64,000 nt of DNA from the human T2T-CHM13v2.0 reference genome, Homo sapiens. This document shows, one piece after another, positions 28,402 through 43,271 of the stretch (position 1 is the stretch's first letter; each line of letters opens with the position of its first letter). The stretch lies in the NCBI RefSeq assembly GCF_009914755.1, contig NC_060944.1, one strand, 5' to 3'. The notes under the pieces were generated by a model, which was not told the DNA's origin, ran no database searches, and worked only from the letters and a program-made list of their open reading frames with translations. The position numbers and the translations under genes were made by a program.

Positions 28402-30873
28402 TCAGGAATCAGAGTGGTTTGTGAGACACTTAAGCAAATTGCATTCAGGCCCTATCTCCTTCTGGCAATAATTCACCAGAGAAATGAGCCATTTCACTAG
28501 AAGATTTCCATTTTAATATTAGCACAGGGACAAGCCTTGTTTCACAATTAAATTAGAGCCAGGTAAGTTTTCTAGTAATAGTGATATCTCGAGGAAGGAT
28601 TGAAAATAGAGCTGCTCAGAGATAATTTGCTTCTGAGCCAAGTTATTTCATGGATCTCCCAGGAGGACATCTTGCTGGTATGGCTTTGCTACTGAGGGGA
28701 AGCCCTCCAAGCCCCTCTGATGAAAAGATAAGTCACACTGCAGGTCTAAGAGGAAATGAAACGAGTGTGCAGCTTGAGAGACAGCGAGGTGCTGGGACAC
28801 TCTGACTCCACCGTACAGATGTCTCAGGAGCAAAGGACCCAGCATGCAGGAGCTTTCCTTCTGGAATGGGCTGCTTCCGTCCGCCTGACACCTCTAGGAT
28901 GTTGTCTTGTCAACAGTAGATGTTTGTCATATGCTTGGCCATGTGTTGGCACCATGTCACTCTGCTGGTGACAGTTCAGGCCCAGAGGCCTTTAATCATA
29001 GTAGAAACAGTCTCAGAAGTGGAGCACTGCTGAGTGGCAGCGACACCTGAAGATTGGCGACCAGGCAAGGTGATGTGACCACAGTGGCCACATGGCAGCC
29101 AGTCACGGCCACCCCTGGAGGGGTTCATGGAACACATCGAGCTTGACCGCAGCCCTTGCTGTTGCATTGATCTTTCTTCTTATCACCCTCAGATACTACA
29201 AGAGGGTGTTATCAATATTAATGTACCACTGAGATATTGGAAACATTGTTTCTCCCCCAACATTATATATGAAAATGTTCAACCATACAGAAACATCAAA
29301 ACAATTAGACGGTGAACATTCAGATACCCACCACCAGGATTTCACCATTAACATTTCACTCTATTTATAGTTTTTTCCCCCTGTGCTATGGGAAAATCTC
29401 TTTTTAATGTTTCTATCATGTTTTCCTTTTAACAAAGTAGGTCTCTCCCTCCCATGTCTCAGATGGAAACATTGAGGGGAAGATCATGCCAAATACATAG
29501 CATGTTAGTGAAGCCAAAGAAAAAGAATCCGTATGCCCTGAGATTAAGGTAGCAAAATATTAAGGGAAGGTCTCTGGAGTGGGATCTGGAAGGTGGATAC
29601 CAGGCCCAGCTCTGCTGCTGCACAGCCTGTGAACCTGAGGTGATCAACTTCATCATTGTTATTTTTTCTTTTTCTCTTTTTTCCCATTATATTCAAGATC
29701 ACCTCTATTCTGCCAGGATGGTCCTAAGGCTGACATTGGGCTAATTGTTGCCTGCAGTCTAGTCCTATGCAGAGATAACAGGTAGCCTGCGACCTTTGGC
29801 AAGTTGCTGGACTCGATTCTGAGCTATTGATTTCTTCTTTTGGAAGTGAGGATAACAACACCCAGCTCTCAAAGCTGTTGTAAGGTTAAGTAAGGTGTTG
29901 AGATGCAAAAAGAAAGTACTCAAAACCATGCCCGGAATGAGGTCAGCATACTCAGCATGGCAAATATTATGACTCCTAGTACACATATTCCCTTGCCAGT
30001 GTCCAGCACATAATCTCCCTGAGGGTAAGGTAAGCACTGCTGAAGTTAGAGCTGTGTTGTATTTAGAAATAATAATAGTAGCAAGAGCAGCAGTTATTGT
30101 AAAGTAAAACTGAACTGAAAATGAAAGAACTCGAGATACAATTTCTCAGTTCACAACATGTGCATCCTCTGCATGAATTTGTGAAAAGAACTGCTGCACT
30201 TGTCTCTATAGAAGAGCGTGTTTGGTTTACTGCTTCCCAAAAAAGATTGAGGCTATGAGACTGCTGTCCTCCTCTGCCACCCTTTGCAGAAGGCCTGCGA
30301 GGCATCATTGCTGTAGGCATCATTCTCAGTATGAGATGTGGTTACTGGAGCTCTGCCTTCCCAAGTTAGGTGACCCCCTCCGGCATGGACCGACACGCTC
30401 CTCTTACTCAGTGACTTCCTGTTTATCATCTGGCGGTAGACAGCCTGTCATTGGAGAGGATGGGATCAGGTCGAGTCACAGATTCAATGTGTTTCTAATG
30501 GGAAACCGAATCAGGGTTGCCTTGGAAGCAGGACATGGCAATGAAGACTTTCTATAGCCCCTCAGAAGCCCCAGCTCCTCCTCATGAGGCTCAACCCTTG
30601 CTTCAAGCTGCCTTGCAAATCAGACACCACCTTTCACAGTGCCTTTTCTGGCTTCACTGAACCTCTCTGAGGCAAGGAATCCCCTTGGAAAGATGGGAAT
30701 TTATTCCAGAGACTCCTCGTTCTGGTCTGTCCTCCCTCTCTACTGCAGTTTAGAGCTGAGAGGTGCTAGAGCTGACTGACAGGCTGTCCTGATGGAGACA
30801 TGATGTGAGGTAATGGACAATGGACCCCCAAGAAGGGGGATGGGGACTTTGTGGTGAGCATTCATTGTCCCAG

Positions 30874-31188
30874 TTTTATATTTTACTTTACTTTTAGAGA
30901 CAAGGTCTCACTCTCTTCCAGGCTGGAGTGCAGTGGTGTGGCATGATCACAGCTCACTGCAGCCTCGAACTCCTGGGCTCAAGTGGCTCCCACCTCAGCC
31001 TCATGAGTAGCTGGGACTACAGGTGTGCATCACCACATTCAGCTATTTTTTTTTAATGATTTTTTTTTTGTAAAGATGGTGTTTTGCTGTATTGCCCAGG
31101 CTGGTCTTGAACTCCTGGCCTCACGCGATCCTTCCACCTCAGCCTCCCAGAGTGCTGGAATTACAGGCGTGAGGCATTGTGCCCAGCC
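30874..31188 (-). mobile_element. AluJ-like element, antisense
   Basis: gagacaaggtctcactct...cagctcactgcagcctcgaactcctgggctcaag...gcccagcc. Confidence 0.92.
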
Positions 31189-31661
31189 TTACTGCCCTTC
31201 ACAAAAATATCTGTGTCCAAGCTTGCTCATATATGGAACAGTCCACACCTGTGTAGCGCCAGCTTCCAGGAAGAAGTTTATGCATTCGTAAGGCCACGTA
31301 GGTCCGAAAGTTGCAGAGCAGTAACTTAAACCAAAGTCTGGTGTTTCTCATGACAATGCTTATATCTTCTTAACAAAAGGCTTAATCTGACATATAAGTC
31401 ATGAGGCTTCACACTGTCAAAAATAGAAAACAATGCAAAATGCTTGATGTATTGGAGATTTATCAGCAGCTGTTTCTGCAGGGAGTGTGGGTGTCAAGGC
31501 AGGTAGGATCAATGGGACAGTGATGTCATCAAGGACCCAGTGTTGTTTTCTCCTTTCCCTCCCTTCCTTATGTTAGCATCATTCCCAAAGAAGCTTCCTC
31601 CATGGTGGCAAAATGGCTGCAGCAGTTGCAAGCATCGCCTCTATACACAGAAAGAGAGAGA

Positions 31662-32103
<442 letters not shown>

Positions 32104-32571
32104 TCAAGGAGATGCCATATGCTGATTCCCCCAATTGTGCTACAATGATGATGGCCCATCCCTGGAACTAAGGTAAAGTCAGGCCACCCCTTCTCCCCTT
32201 TCTCCATAACTTTCTGCTGCTACTCAATGGGGACTGGTGGAAGGGATCTTGAGAAAAAGACAATGTGTGTGGTATCTATGATGGGGACATTTACTAATCC
32301 CACCCACTTTACACTAACTACTGCTCTTGCTCTTACGATTATTTCTGAATGTAATACAGCTCTAACTTCAGCAGTGTCTACCCTCTGTGAGATTGTGTGC
32401 TGGGCACTGACAAAGCTGCGTGTGTCCTTATAGTCACAATATTTGCCCCGAGCCATTTGCCCTTTCACCACCCACTCATCCTGCTGCCATGGAGTGACCG
32501 TATGGGATTCCAGAAGAGACAGACACGCCCCTTTGTTCCTAGAATCCCTCGCTCCATCACCCACTCCAGCC

Positions 32572-32573
<2 letters not shown>

Positions 32574-32617
<44 letters not shown>
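32574..32617. repeat. (TG)22 microsatellite
   Basis: Read directly from sequence. Confidence 0.95.
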
Positions 32618-32624
<7 letters not shown>

Positions 32625-33501
32625 TTGACCCCCCCACGTTTGTTCCTGTTTCTTTCACTTTTAGAAACAATGGAAAAGGATTTTCTTTCTGGCTTCCCAT
32701 CAGATGACTTGCTGACCTTGGCTGGTAGTGGCTGCAATGAGCAGGGTAGCTCACAGCATTGAGAAGGGAACAGTCTCATGTGGCTTTGGAGAGAGAATGT
32801 GGGCTGGAGAGAAGGAAGCAGAAAGCCACGCAAAGAGCAAACTGTGAAGAATGAGACAGAAGCCCTCAGCTAGGGGCACACAGCCAAACCTACATGCTGA
32901 ATATTGCTTGTTTTCAAGGGGGGACGTTATTGGAAGTCTGCACTTAGATACCAGTGCTCCTTGTCAGGAGTCTGAAAAATAAAAAAAGCCTGATTATTTA
33001 GGCAAATGCCTAATCAATTAGAAATATAGGGGTTCACTAGGGATGAGAGTGAGAGAGGCGTTGCTCTCTGGCTGAAATATGCAAAGCAAGCCTCCCCGTT
33101 TCTCAGGCGCAGGTGGTGGCCAGGAAAGTCCTGCTTGCATCAACCCCTCCTGGTCTGACTGAGCCACATCCTCTCTCCTTTCCCTGCCTTCCCTTACCTA
33201 TCAGTGGATCTCAGACTCTGGGCTGAAACTGAGAGGGCATGGATCTATCTTTCTTTCCATTCAACCTTGCTATTCTCCTATTGCTGGTTTCAGTTCCAAC
33301 TTGGAAAGTTGCAAGCAATGGGCCAAAGAATAGGAAAAAGTGAGAAGAATAAAGTGGCTTTGTGTTTAAACGAAAGCTTCACTGCCTATCCTCCCCTCAG
33401 TTCTGTCTTTCTCACTGTGAGGCATCAAGAGGATATTTTAGTTCTGGTGTCAAGTTCCAATGGTGAAAGGAGAAGAGAGAAACATTATCAGAAAATCTAT
33501 G

Positions 33502-33722
33502 GGCCAGGGGCGGTGATGGCTCAGACTTGTAATCCCAGCGACTTGGGAGGTTAAGACAGGAGTTCGAGACTAGCCTGGGCAACATAGTGAAATCCCATCT
33601 CTAAAAAAAAAAAAAATGCTTACTGTGGTGGTGCACGTCTGTAGTTCTAGCTAGCTAATTTCCACCACTACACTCCAGCCTGAGTGACAAAGCAAGACCC
33701 TGTCAAAAAAAAAAAAAAAAAA
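33502..33722 (+). mobile_element. AluJ-like element with two internal deletions
   Basis: Both arms and the A tail are present, but the element is only ~220 bp. Confidence 0.8.
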
Positions 33723-33799
33723 TTATCCACTTCTATGGCTCTGGACCAAACACATCTTCCCACTTGTTTTAAGAGACATTGTTTCCAAGATGAGGTCAA

Positions 33800-34618
<819 letters not shown>

Positions 34619-36349
34619 CCTTTCAACTTTGCAAACACTATATTGCAACGTAAAGCATTACTGCACTACTACAATGACATCTGAGGCTTTTGTTTGTGTG
34701 ACTGAGCCAGCCTCTGCTGTCAGTTGGCCCAGGCTAGCCAGGTATTTTGGGGGGCTAGGTGTCAACTGTCTTGCTCCACCATCAGTGGCCAGCCTTCTCC
34801 CCTTGTAGCTTGTACTTGAAACTTTTATGTCCCATAGCCATCTTAATTCACAATTTCCCCAGGGCTCTTAGAGCTTTATTACTGTGATTCATAGAAGCCA
34901 CTTGAGAGGCTCTGTGTTCATGGCATGGGGAGGGACATTCATGCAAAGAAAAGAAATAGCTCTCTGCACAGCAGTGCACTACGATGGACACAGGATGAAG
35001 CCAGGAAGGGCTGGGGAAGAGCGTTACTGGGGTTCTGTTTGGGATTTCAACAGACTTTACATGGGATGGGATTTTTTTAAAAAGTAGAAGCATGTATCAG
35101 CTATGAGCTTCTCAGGTGCTCTTAGAAAAAAGCCAGCCCAATCTGGCTCAGGCTAAAAAGGGAATACATTGCAACATGGAATCGAAAAGTTTATGATTAG
35201 TCTGGCTTCAGGTATCAGGGGCTGAAATGTGATGACATCAGGACCTTGCCTATCTCTGTCCTTTGGTCTGACTGTACTCACCTTTATGTGCCATCTGCGG
35301 ACTCTCAGCCTCCAGGCTCTCCTACTTCCAGGTTCAAGGTCACTGGGACAGAGTGGGTGAGTCTCTTTCTGGGAGCTCTGCTTTGATTGGCCTGGCTCAG
35401 TTACAGGCACCTCTCAGAACCAATCATTATGGCCTACAGGATGTGGGACTTTGGCCTTTAGTTCAGGCAGCATCTTTGCTGGTGGTGCAGTGGGTGGGTG
35501 GAGCTTCCTCCCAGAACAGGTAGACTTGGCAGGAGGGAGGGGTCTCTCCTAAAATGAAAATCTGAGGTTGATTCTAACCAAGGGAGAGGGGATGCTGGGA
35601 GGGGGAAGTGCAGGCACCAAACTTGCAGTGTAGTTAACACTTTAAATTTCCCAGTGGAGTTTTATTGAATCTCTCCTCTGTGCAAGTACTGGGGCCAATA
35701 AGAAAAAAAAATGATGTCATCAGGAAGCTTATAGTCTAATAGGGGAAATAAGAATCATACATAGATAACTGCAATGTAATAATTGTTTGAAGGCACATTT
35801 CTTATTACTCTGTGAGCAGATGAAACGTGCTTTCTCACTGTTCACATGGTAGCTGCTCTTTCTTCTCCTCACCCCTAGAGAGTCCCGATACTTGGTACTT
35901 TTGAAGAAAGGTGTTCCAGTCAGGATTGTGGAGAAGAAACCACTGTATTTCTTTTCCCTCTGCCTGACTCATTGGTGATAACTGTACTCTAGGCATGAAT
36001 TAAGAAAAGCCCAGAATTAAGGAAAGACTGATTTCCTGCCCTGTTCTATAATGGCAGAGACAAGACAGCCTGAGAGAAAACAGCAGACAATTTTATACTC
36101 ATACTCATAAATAAATTGGACTGTTTATCCAATCACAAAGGATGGAAGTGGCAGTGATTTTGAGAAGCCAAGTGATGTAGAGTTGTCAAATTCTACTCAA
36201 TTGGAAACAAAAAAGTGAGTTTTAAAGAGAACTGAAGAAACACATTTGGCAGGTTTGCAGGGGCAAATATATTAGATGTATGAAAAATACAAGTGTTCGG
36301 AGTATATCAACAGAGCCTGAGGCAAGGCATATGTACAGCTGGAATGGAC

Positions 36350-36553
36350 TATGAAGCTGTGATCCTTAGGAAAGTATATTTTTTAAGAAATTATGTTTAA
36401 GAAATATTGTAATATACGTTATGTATATATATGTATAATGAGATATTATTTTTAAGCCTTATACCTATCTTTGTATTTGTAAAATTTTATATTTAAAAGA
36501 GTGGTCTCAATATTACATAAACTTCAGGTCCCATAAAACCTGGATCTGCCCCA
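36350..36553. mobile_element. MER53-like hAT MITE relic
   Basis: Ends aaacttcaggtcccataaaacctggatctgccc. Confidence 0.55.
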
Positions 36554-38629
36554 GATTTTTATATACAATGAAAGATAAATGTAATAGGAATAAAATAGCG
36601 ATGAAATGAACCATTTAAAAATAATAATTATATTTTAACAGAACAAAACGTGGATTTTTCTAAACTATGATGATGTTAATGTTGTTATATTTATGGTAGT
36701 ATCTTATTGAGAAAACATGATAGAATATATTTAACCATTTTGAAAATATTAGTTCCATACTTTGAGATACAGCTAACAGAAGGTCTGCTTATTTTAATTT
36801 AAGGTTGTTTATTTTAAGTTTGAAGTTTAATGGCTGTCCTACTTGTAATAGATAATTCCCCAAGATATATAGATCCAAATGGAAGAAAAGCACTATGGGC
36901 TATAACTACTAAATCAAGATATTAAATTTTCAGTTTCATTCACCAATTACCCAAAGACTGTTGTTAACATCTTCCCATCTTTTCTGACTTCAGTAGATTA
37001 ATCTTGCAACTTTTCAGAAGGTGTTGCATTTACATATTTCTAATAAATTGATTTATAAAAATCCATTTTTTTAAAATAAAAGACATTGAATTTTAATTTC
37101 AATTTTCTAATAAAAGTCATTGAAACTCTTTGGGAATTTTTAAATCAGGTTATGTAATTTTGATTCCAAATTTTTAAGTGGAACATACACGTTTTTAGAA
37201 TGTACTGATTTTTATCATTTTCTTGATATGATTTATCATATGAAGACATAAAAAGTCTTGATATTTATTTTCAAAATGCTCTCTCCATAGAGCAAATTTC
37301 TTTAGAAAAGCTTACTCTTTCACTGGTTGTTAAAAAGTCACCTTGAGGGATGTGGAGCGAGGGCAGACATGGGGGGCAGTGTGTTTTCTGAAAATATCCG
37401 CTAGGTGCACACTTAGCTGGTGGCCATGTCTTCCCAGAAAAGGTTAGCATATTTATATCACTTGTCTTTTTATGAGAGAGAAATGCATAATTCATCTCTA
37501 AGTTCAACAGTTTTAAAAAATTATTTGCCAAAAGACAATCAATGGACATGTGCATGGTGTAAAAAGATTTCATGATCATGTCCCCATCTCATTTCAAAAT
37601 ATTGTAATATTTTAATATTTCAAATAATATTGGCAAATCTGCTCAACTGAGCCCATGTAAGGTGCATCATGCTGTGATAATAGGAAAGTAGGTGAGCTAG
37701 GAAGGGCACCAGGTCCATCCTGTGCTTTTCCTTCAGGTCCCTCACCTGCTGTGGGCAACAGGTGCACTTCTATTATGTAAATTATGGGATATGCTGACAA
37801 GTGCACTCGGTGCAGGTGCCATTGTGAATTCATATTTTAAATATTAAATAAATATGTATTTCTTATTTTTAGAGTGGAATGTGATATAAAGGTTCCAATA
37901 TTTTCTTTCCAATCTCCAATAAGTTATGTAGCTCATCCTCCAGTAGCACACAATTCTGAAGGTGGGGGACCCTACCAGCTTTTGAACATATTATTCTACC
38001 ATAGATTTAATAAAAAAGACTCTTAAAGTCCAAACGCAAAGGACCTTAGAGGTCAGCTCATTCATGCTTTTTAATATCCAGATGTGGTAATCGGGCTAAA
38101 GTGATTCAACTTCTCCAACAGCTTAAAGTTCATGATAGATCTGAGACTAGAAACCCAAATTGACACATCACCAAGATGACAAATTTCTGCTATCATAAGT
38201 CCATGTATCTTCCCATGGGGCCTCATGTGATTTCTTGGTCAACTTGAGTTGTGTTTACTTTAAATCCTGGTTGGGATGCTTCTATGCCATCACTATGCAA
38301 GATCACTATACCAAGTCACTATCATTCTTTTGGCTAAAAGGGGTTAAGGCTAGTTTTCAGTATTGATGCTCCTTTCCATTCTTTTCTACCAGTGAGACTG
38401 GCTGGCTTTCTTCTTCCCAGGCAAAGAAGGAGGCTAGAAGAAAATAAAAGTCAGACAAACTCCATCTTCTTTGTCTCATCAGAATGTTTAGTAACCTTTA
38501 TCTAAAGGCCATTGCACTTTCCTTTGTCTCCTCTTGCCACTGCAGTCTTCTGACAGATTGGGGTTCTGCCTTGGTTCTTGGCCTTGGAATAGGGGACTCA
38601 GATTATGGGATAAGGCCAGTCCTTAGTTT

Positions 38630-38810
38630 AGTCACTAGCCACATGTGTCTATTTAAATTTAGATTTGCATCAATAAAATTAAAAATTCAGCTTCCAGTTG
38701 TATAGTCTTATTTAAAGTAAATAACAGCCACATGTGGCTGGTAGCTACCATGTTGGACAGTGCAAATATGGGACATTCCCATCACTGCACAGGGTCCTTT
38801 TGGACTGCAC
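38630..38810. mobile_element. MER3/MER33-like relic
   Basis: cactagccacatgtgtctatttaaattt...agccacatgtggctggtagctaccatgttggacagtgca. Confidence 0.7.
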
Positions 38811-39769
38811 AGACCTAGATTGATCATCATGGTATTTGGGAGTTTCTGCCTCTCAAATGTGGGAAATTATCCTGGGGAGTGTTTCAGGAGCTCAGAAGGG
38901 GATAGGTAACCACTCACCTACCAGATGTGTCTCTGTTAATTTCCCAGTATTCCCTGGCATGTTAGATCTCAGGCCAGGTGGTCAAAGAGTAGCCCAAGAG
39001 TGATAACAAGTAGCATTTAACTGACAATTTCTGTCTGAAAGGCGATTTCAATTTCTAGGCCAGAGGCCCACATTGTTTCCATTAAATTGTGGGTGCACCT
39101 GTTGCCATCTGCCCCCCTTTGCTCTTCCCTTTCCCCTTCTTTCCAGCACCCTTTGAAAGCTGAAAGCTGTCTTCATTGTGAGACCCACTGCACAAACACC
39201 TATACAGGTTGAGTTGAATTGGCTTCCTGCACTTGAGTGTCATTCAGTATAATGGTAGTGGGTGGGGTATGGCTGACACAGATGCCCCCTGTTGCCTGAG
39301 AAACGTGGTTCATTTCACTCTCCATCATCAGGTGAGGTGGGCACACAATTATAGTATTTGCTCCTGAGGCCCGTATAATAATAGTTGAGACCCAGCAGGC
39401 TCATTCTTTCAACGGGGGTTAACTGTAGGTCTACAGAGTTATTGCATGAAGAGAAGAACATCCTGCATGCATACCTTCATCATGACTCTTCTTCCTGCTG
39501 GACAGAACCCACTACCGGTCAGAACATCATCTTCTTCGCTTCCATTCCTACGATTTCTCTTCCAACGGCACCCATTTCATTGGGGCTGCTCTGTCCAGCC
39601 TGATTGGGAGTCCCTGGGATTGCTTGGAGCTACTACACAATGCATTGCTCCTGAACTTGCATTTTCCTTTCTGAAACACAGCCCAGTTGGGGTGCACATT
39701 TGCATATGCTTCTAGTGACTCAGATCCTTTCATGTGTGTGTACATTCACTTAAAAATGTGTAATTGAGC

Positions 39770-39931
39770 CCAGCTGCTCAAAGTGGTGCTTGGACCAGCA
39801 GCACTGGCATCCACTGAGAACTCTTGAGAAACACAGAATCTCGGTGCCCACCCCAGACCTCCTTACTCAAAGTGTACATTTTAAGAAGGTCCCTACATTA
39901 CATGCATGCATGCTCTTTAGAGTTTGAGACA
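39770..39931. mobile_element. MER5A-like MITE
   Basis: ctcaaagtgg...ggaccagcagcactggcatc...acagaatctcgg...ccccagacct. Confidence 0.65.
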
Positions 39932-40270
39932 TATCTTAGTTCAGGCTGCTATAACAGAATACCACAGATTTAGCAGCTTAAAAAACAGCAGTTTATTCCT
40001 CACAGTTCTGGAGCCTGGAAGCCTAAGGTCAGGGTGCCAGCGTGGTCAGGTTCTGGTGAGGGCCCTCTTCTGAATTGCATACTGATATATTATTGTATCC
40101 TCATGTGGTGGAGAAAGGGCTAAAGAGCTCACTAGGGTCCCTTTAGCAAGGGCACTAATCCCATTCTTGGGATTTGGTGGATGTATTCTGGTCTTATTAC
40201 CTAATTACCTCCCAATTGGGAGTTAGGATTTCCACATATGAATTTGACACCAACATTCCATACTTTGTAA
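39932..40270 (-). mobile_element. MaLR LTR (MLT1A/MST-like)
   Basis: tcttagttcaggctgctataacagaatacc...ctcacagttctggagcctggaag...tctggtgagggcc. Confidence 0.85.
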
Positions 40271-40309
40271 GAAGAAACCCCATATTGGACATTGTATGTA
40301 TGTGAGTGT

Positions 40310-40403
40310 GGGAGAGAGATAGAGTTAGAGGGGGAGGGGGAAGAGAAGGGGTGGAAGAAAGAGAGAGAGAGAGATACTAGAAGAGAGGAGAGAGAGAGGA
40401 AGG
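40310..40403. repeat. GA-rich purine tract
   Basis: Read directly from sequence. Confidence 0.85.
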
Positions 40404-40790
40404 GTCTTCATCAGGTGGGGTCAGTCAACATCCCTGAGCTTTGAGCTACTACAGATTGTGAAACCTGGGGAAAGACATCAATAGGCAAAGGGTGGCAGGA
40501 GAGCTTTTGAAGTCCAGCAAGGGCCAGAGGAAGCGGAGCCTGAGGAGCAGGTGTTGCCTTGGGGCTGAGCTTGGGCCCTTGAAATACCTGAAGACCATCA
40601 CAAGAAAGGCAGGCTTTGAGCAGAGAACTCCTGGGCTCAGCCCTATAGGTCATTAGAAGAACCACATTTACGTTATTTAGTAGTTCAATGGAGAAAGATA
40701 GGGATGTTCTGAAAAGAGAAAGCTCTGAAACCAGGATGCTGGGACTTGATTTTGTGAAGCCTTCTGAAGCAATTTCAAAATGGGAATGTC

Positions 40791-41541
40791 AACCTCACTA
40801 ATGATCAGGGAAATGCAAATTAAACCCACAGTGTGATACTACCTTACTCCTGCAAGAATGGCCATAATTAAAAAATAAAAAAAAAAAAAGATGTTGGTGT
40901 GGATGTGGTGAAAGGGAACACTTCTACACTGCTGGTGGGAATGTAAACTAGTACAACCACTGTGGAAAACAGTGTGGAGATTCCTTAAAGAACTGCAAGT
41001 AGAACTACCATTTGATCCAGCAATCCCACTACTTGGAATCCACCCAGAGGAAAAGAAGTCATTATATGAAAAAGACACTTGCACATGCATGTTTATAGCA
41101 GCACAATTCGCAATTGCAAAAATATGGAATCAGGCTAAAAGCCCATCAACCAATGAGTGGATAAAGAAAATATGGTATATATGCACCACAGAATACCATT
41201 CAGCCATAAAAGGAATGAAGTAATGGCATTTGCAGCAACCTGGGTGGAGTTGGAGACTATTATTCTCAGTGAAGTAACTCAGGAATGGAAAACCAAACAT
41301 TGTATGTTCCCACTCATAAGTGGGAGCTAAGCTATGAGGGTGCAAAGGCATAAGAATGACTCTGGGGACCTGGAGGGAAGGGTGGGAATGGGGTGAGGGA
41401 TAAAAGACTACACATTGAGTATAGTGTACACTGCTCAGATGATGGGTGCACCAAAATCTCATAAATTACCATTAAAAATCTTATCCATGTAACCAAAAAC
41501 CTCCTATTCCCCGAAAACTATTGAAATAAAAATTTTTAAAA
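40791..41541 (+). mobile_element. L1PB-type 3' end
   Basis: ORF2 C-terminal peptide [29 protein letters not shown] (40972-41223), followed by a 3'UTR with G-rich tract and aataaa/A-rich end. Confidence 0.92.
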
Positions 41542-41627
41542 AGAGGACTGTTGGCAGATACGGGAGAAAGCGTATTCAGGTGGCCACTCCCATGTGGATG
41601 CTGAAGTATCTTCAGCAGGGGCTTAGG

Positions 41628-41814
41628 CCCCTCTCCCTTTCTCCATCAGAACTTCTGCTTTCTCTGTGCTGCCCGCCCAGCCACTGGGGGTGGAAACCAT
41701 TTCCCTGATCCTTGCAGCCCTCTGCCAGGCACTTGCAGGCTCTGCAGCCTCCCTTTGCTGATCCTGCCAGGAGGGTTGCCCCTCAGGGTCTGGGAGCAGT
41801 AACTCAGACTCCAG
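41628..41814 (+). repeat. Direct repeat copy 1 (187 bp)
   Basis: Matches 42967-43153 with 8 substitutions by manual alignment (~96%). Confidence 0.95.
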
Positions 41815-42966
41815 TGGTCTCAGTGAGGGGCCTTCCTGGTCCTGGGGATGTTGAAGACTGCATATTGGGCTTTAGAGATGGAGAGATCAAGCTGTGCACT
41901 GTGCCGGGAACTTTGAAGGCACGCAACAATGTCTGTGAGTGGAGCTGGGATAAAATAGGTAAGCACAGGCTGTCAGGCTTCTGCAGAATTGCTGGGCACA
42001 TGAGTCACCTTGTGAAAATGCAGATTCTGATGCAGCATGCTGCCTGTCTCACAAGCTTGCAGGTGATGTTGATGCCGCTGGTCTAGGGACCACACTTTGA
42101 GAAGCAAGGCTGTCATGCAGACAGTTTTGTCCAGCAACCCAGAAAATCTGGATTCTGTCTCAAGCTTGCCACTAAAATTCTTGGGCTTATCATTTAAACT
42201 TAATCCCCAGGTCAAGGGGCATGGCCCTGAGGGGTGGGACCCATGGACCTGGGATCTTTTCTGTACGCTGTGCCTCCCTCCTCCCTTGGTGGTTCAGTGA
42301 TTACCCAGGTGGTAGCTCTAATGAAGTGCTGGGACACAATGGCTACAGCATCCAGGCTGTCACTTTGGGAGGTGGGGAGACACAGCTAAGAAAAAAACAT
42401 AACTGAACTTCCCTGGAGCTTACAACCTGCGGGTGGGGGTCAGGGACGGGTGATGGAGTAAAGATGGACAGGTTTTTGTGAAGGAAGTCCTGGAGGGTCC
42501 AGGAAGGCTTCCTGGAGGAAGGGCTTCCCTCTAGAAGAAGTGGGAGAATATGTGGGCTTTCCCATCTTTGTGCCACCCTCACAACCAGCTTGCCTCGATC
42601 TGCCCAACAATCATAGCAGAATCTGCCCTTGGGACCAGTTTGGACTTCTGGCTCAGGGCTTTGGTCCAGGTGCTTTGGGCCATCCCTTGTTCCCAAGGCC
42701 ACCCTTGCCAGGGGCTCAGCCAGTCTCCCCTCCTCATACCTAACCTAGGCCAGTGTGGGCGAGGCCATGTAGGGGTCGGTGTCATGTCGGACAGGAAGGC
42801 AAAGGGATTTTGATGGGAAGTAGAGAAAGAGCCAGGCCTCTCTTTGCCCTCCCATAGGGGAGTTGCACTGGGACTGGTGATGGGGCCATTCTCCCAGGGT
42901 GCAAGACACAGGTGAACCCCACAGCCTCACATCAGAGCCCTGAAGTCCCAGCTGCTGGCTTAGCCA

Positions 42967-43153
42967 CCCCTCTCCCTTTCTCCATCAGGACTTCTGCTTT
43001 CTCTGTGCCGCCAGCCCAGCCACTGGGGGTGGAAACCATTTCCCTGAACCTTGCAGCCCTCTGCCAGGTGCTTGCAGGCTCTGCAGTCTCCCTTTGCTGA
43101 TCCTGCCAGGAGGGCTGCCCCTCAGGGTCTGGGAGCAGTAACTCAGACTCCAG
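42967..43153 (+). repeat. Direct repeat copy 2 (187 bp), continuing into a MER5-like relic
   Basis: Matches 41628-41814 and is followed by ggatcttgtgagatgcagattctgactc (MER5-like). Confidence 0.95.
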
Positions 43154-43271
43154 GGTGCCCAGGGATCTGCTGCGGATCTTGTGAGATGCAGATTCTGACT
43201 CTGGTCCAGCCCCAGGAGGTGCCAATGCTGCTCCTCCTCTGACTGGAAGACAGGGACTCCATCCAGAAGAC

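Noticed and set aside
39280-39297. CTCF-like motifs (also ~8343-8356 and ~17728-17740)
   Set aside because: Partial matches are expected by chance in 64 kb and cannot be supported without ChIP data.
40839-41462. L1 ORF2-like peptides (also 18017-18606)
   Set aside because: 5'-truncated, decayed L1 3' ends that cannot retrotranspose.
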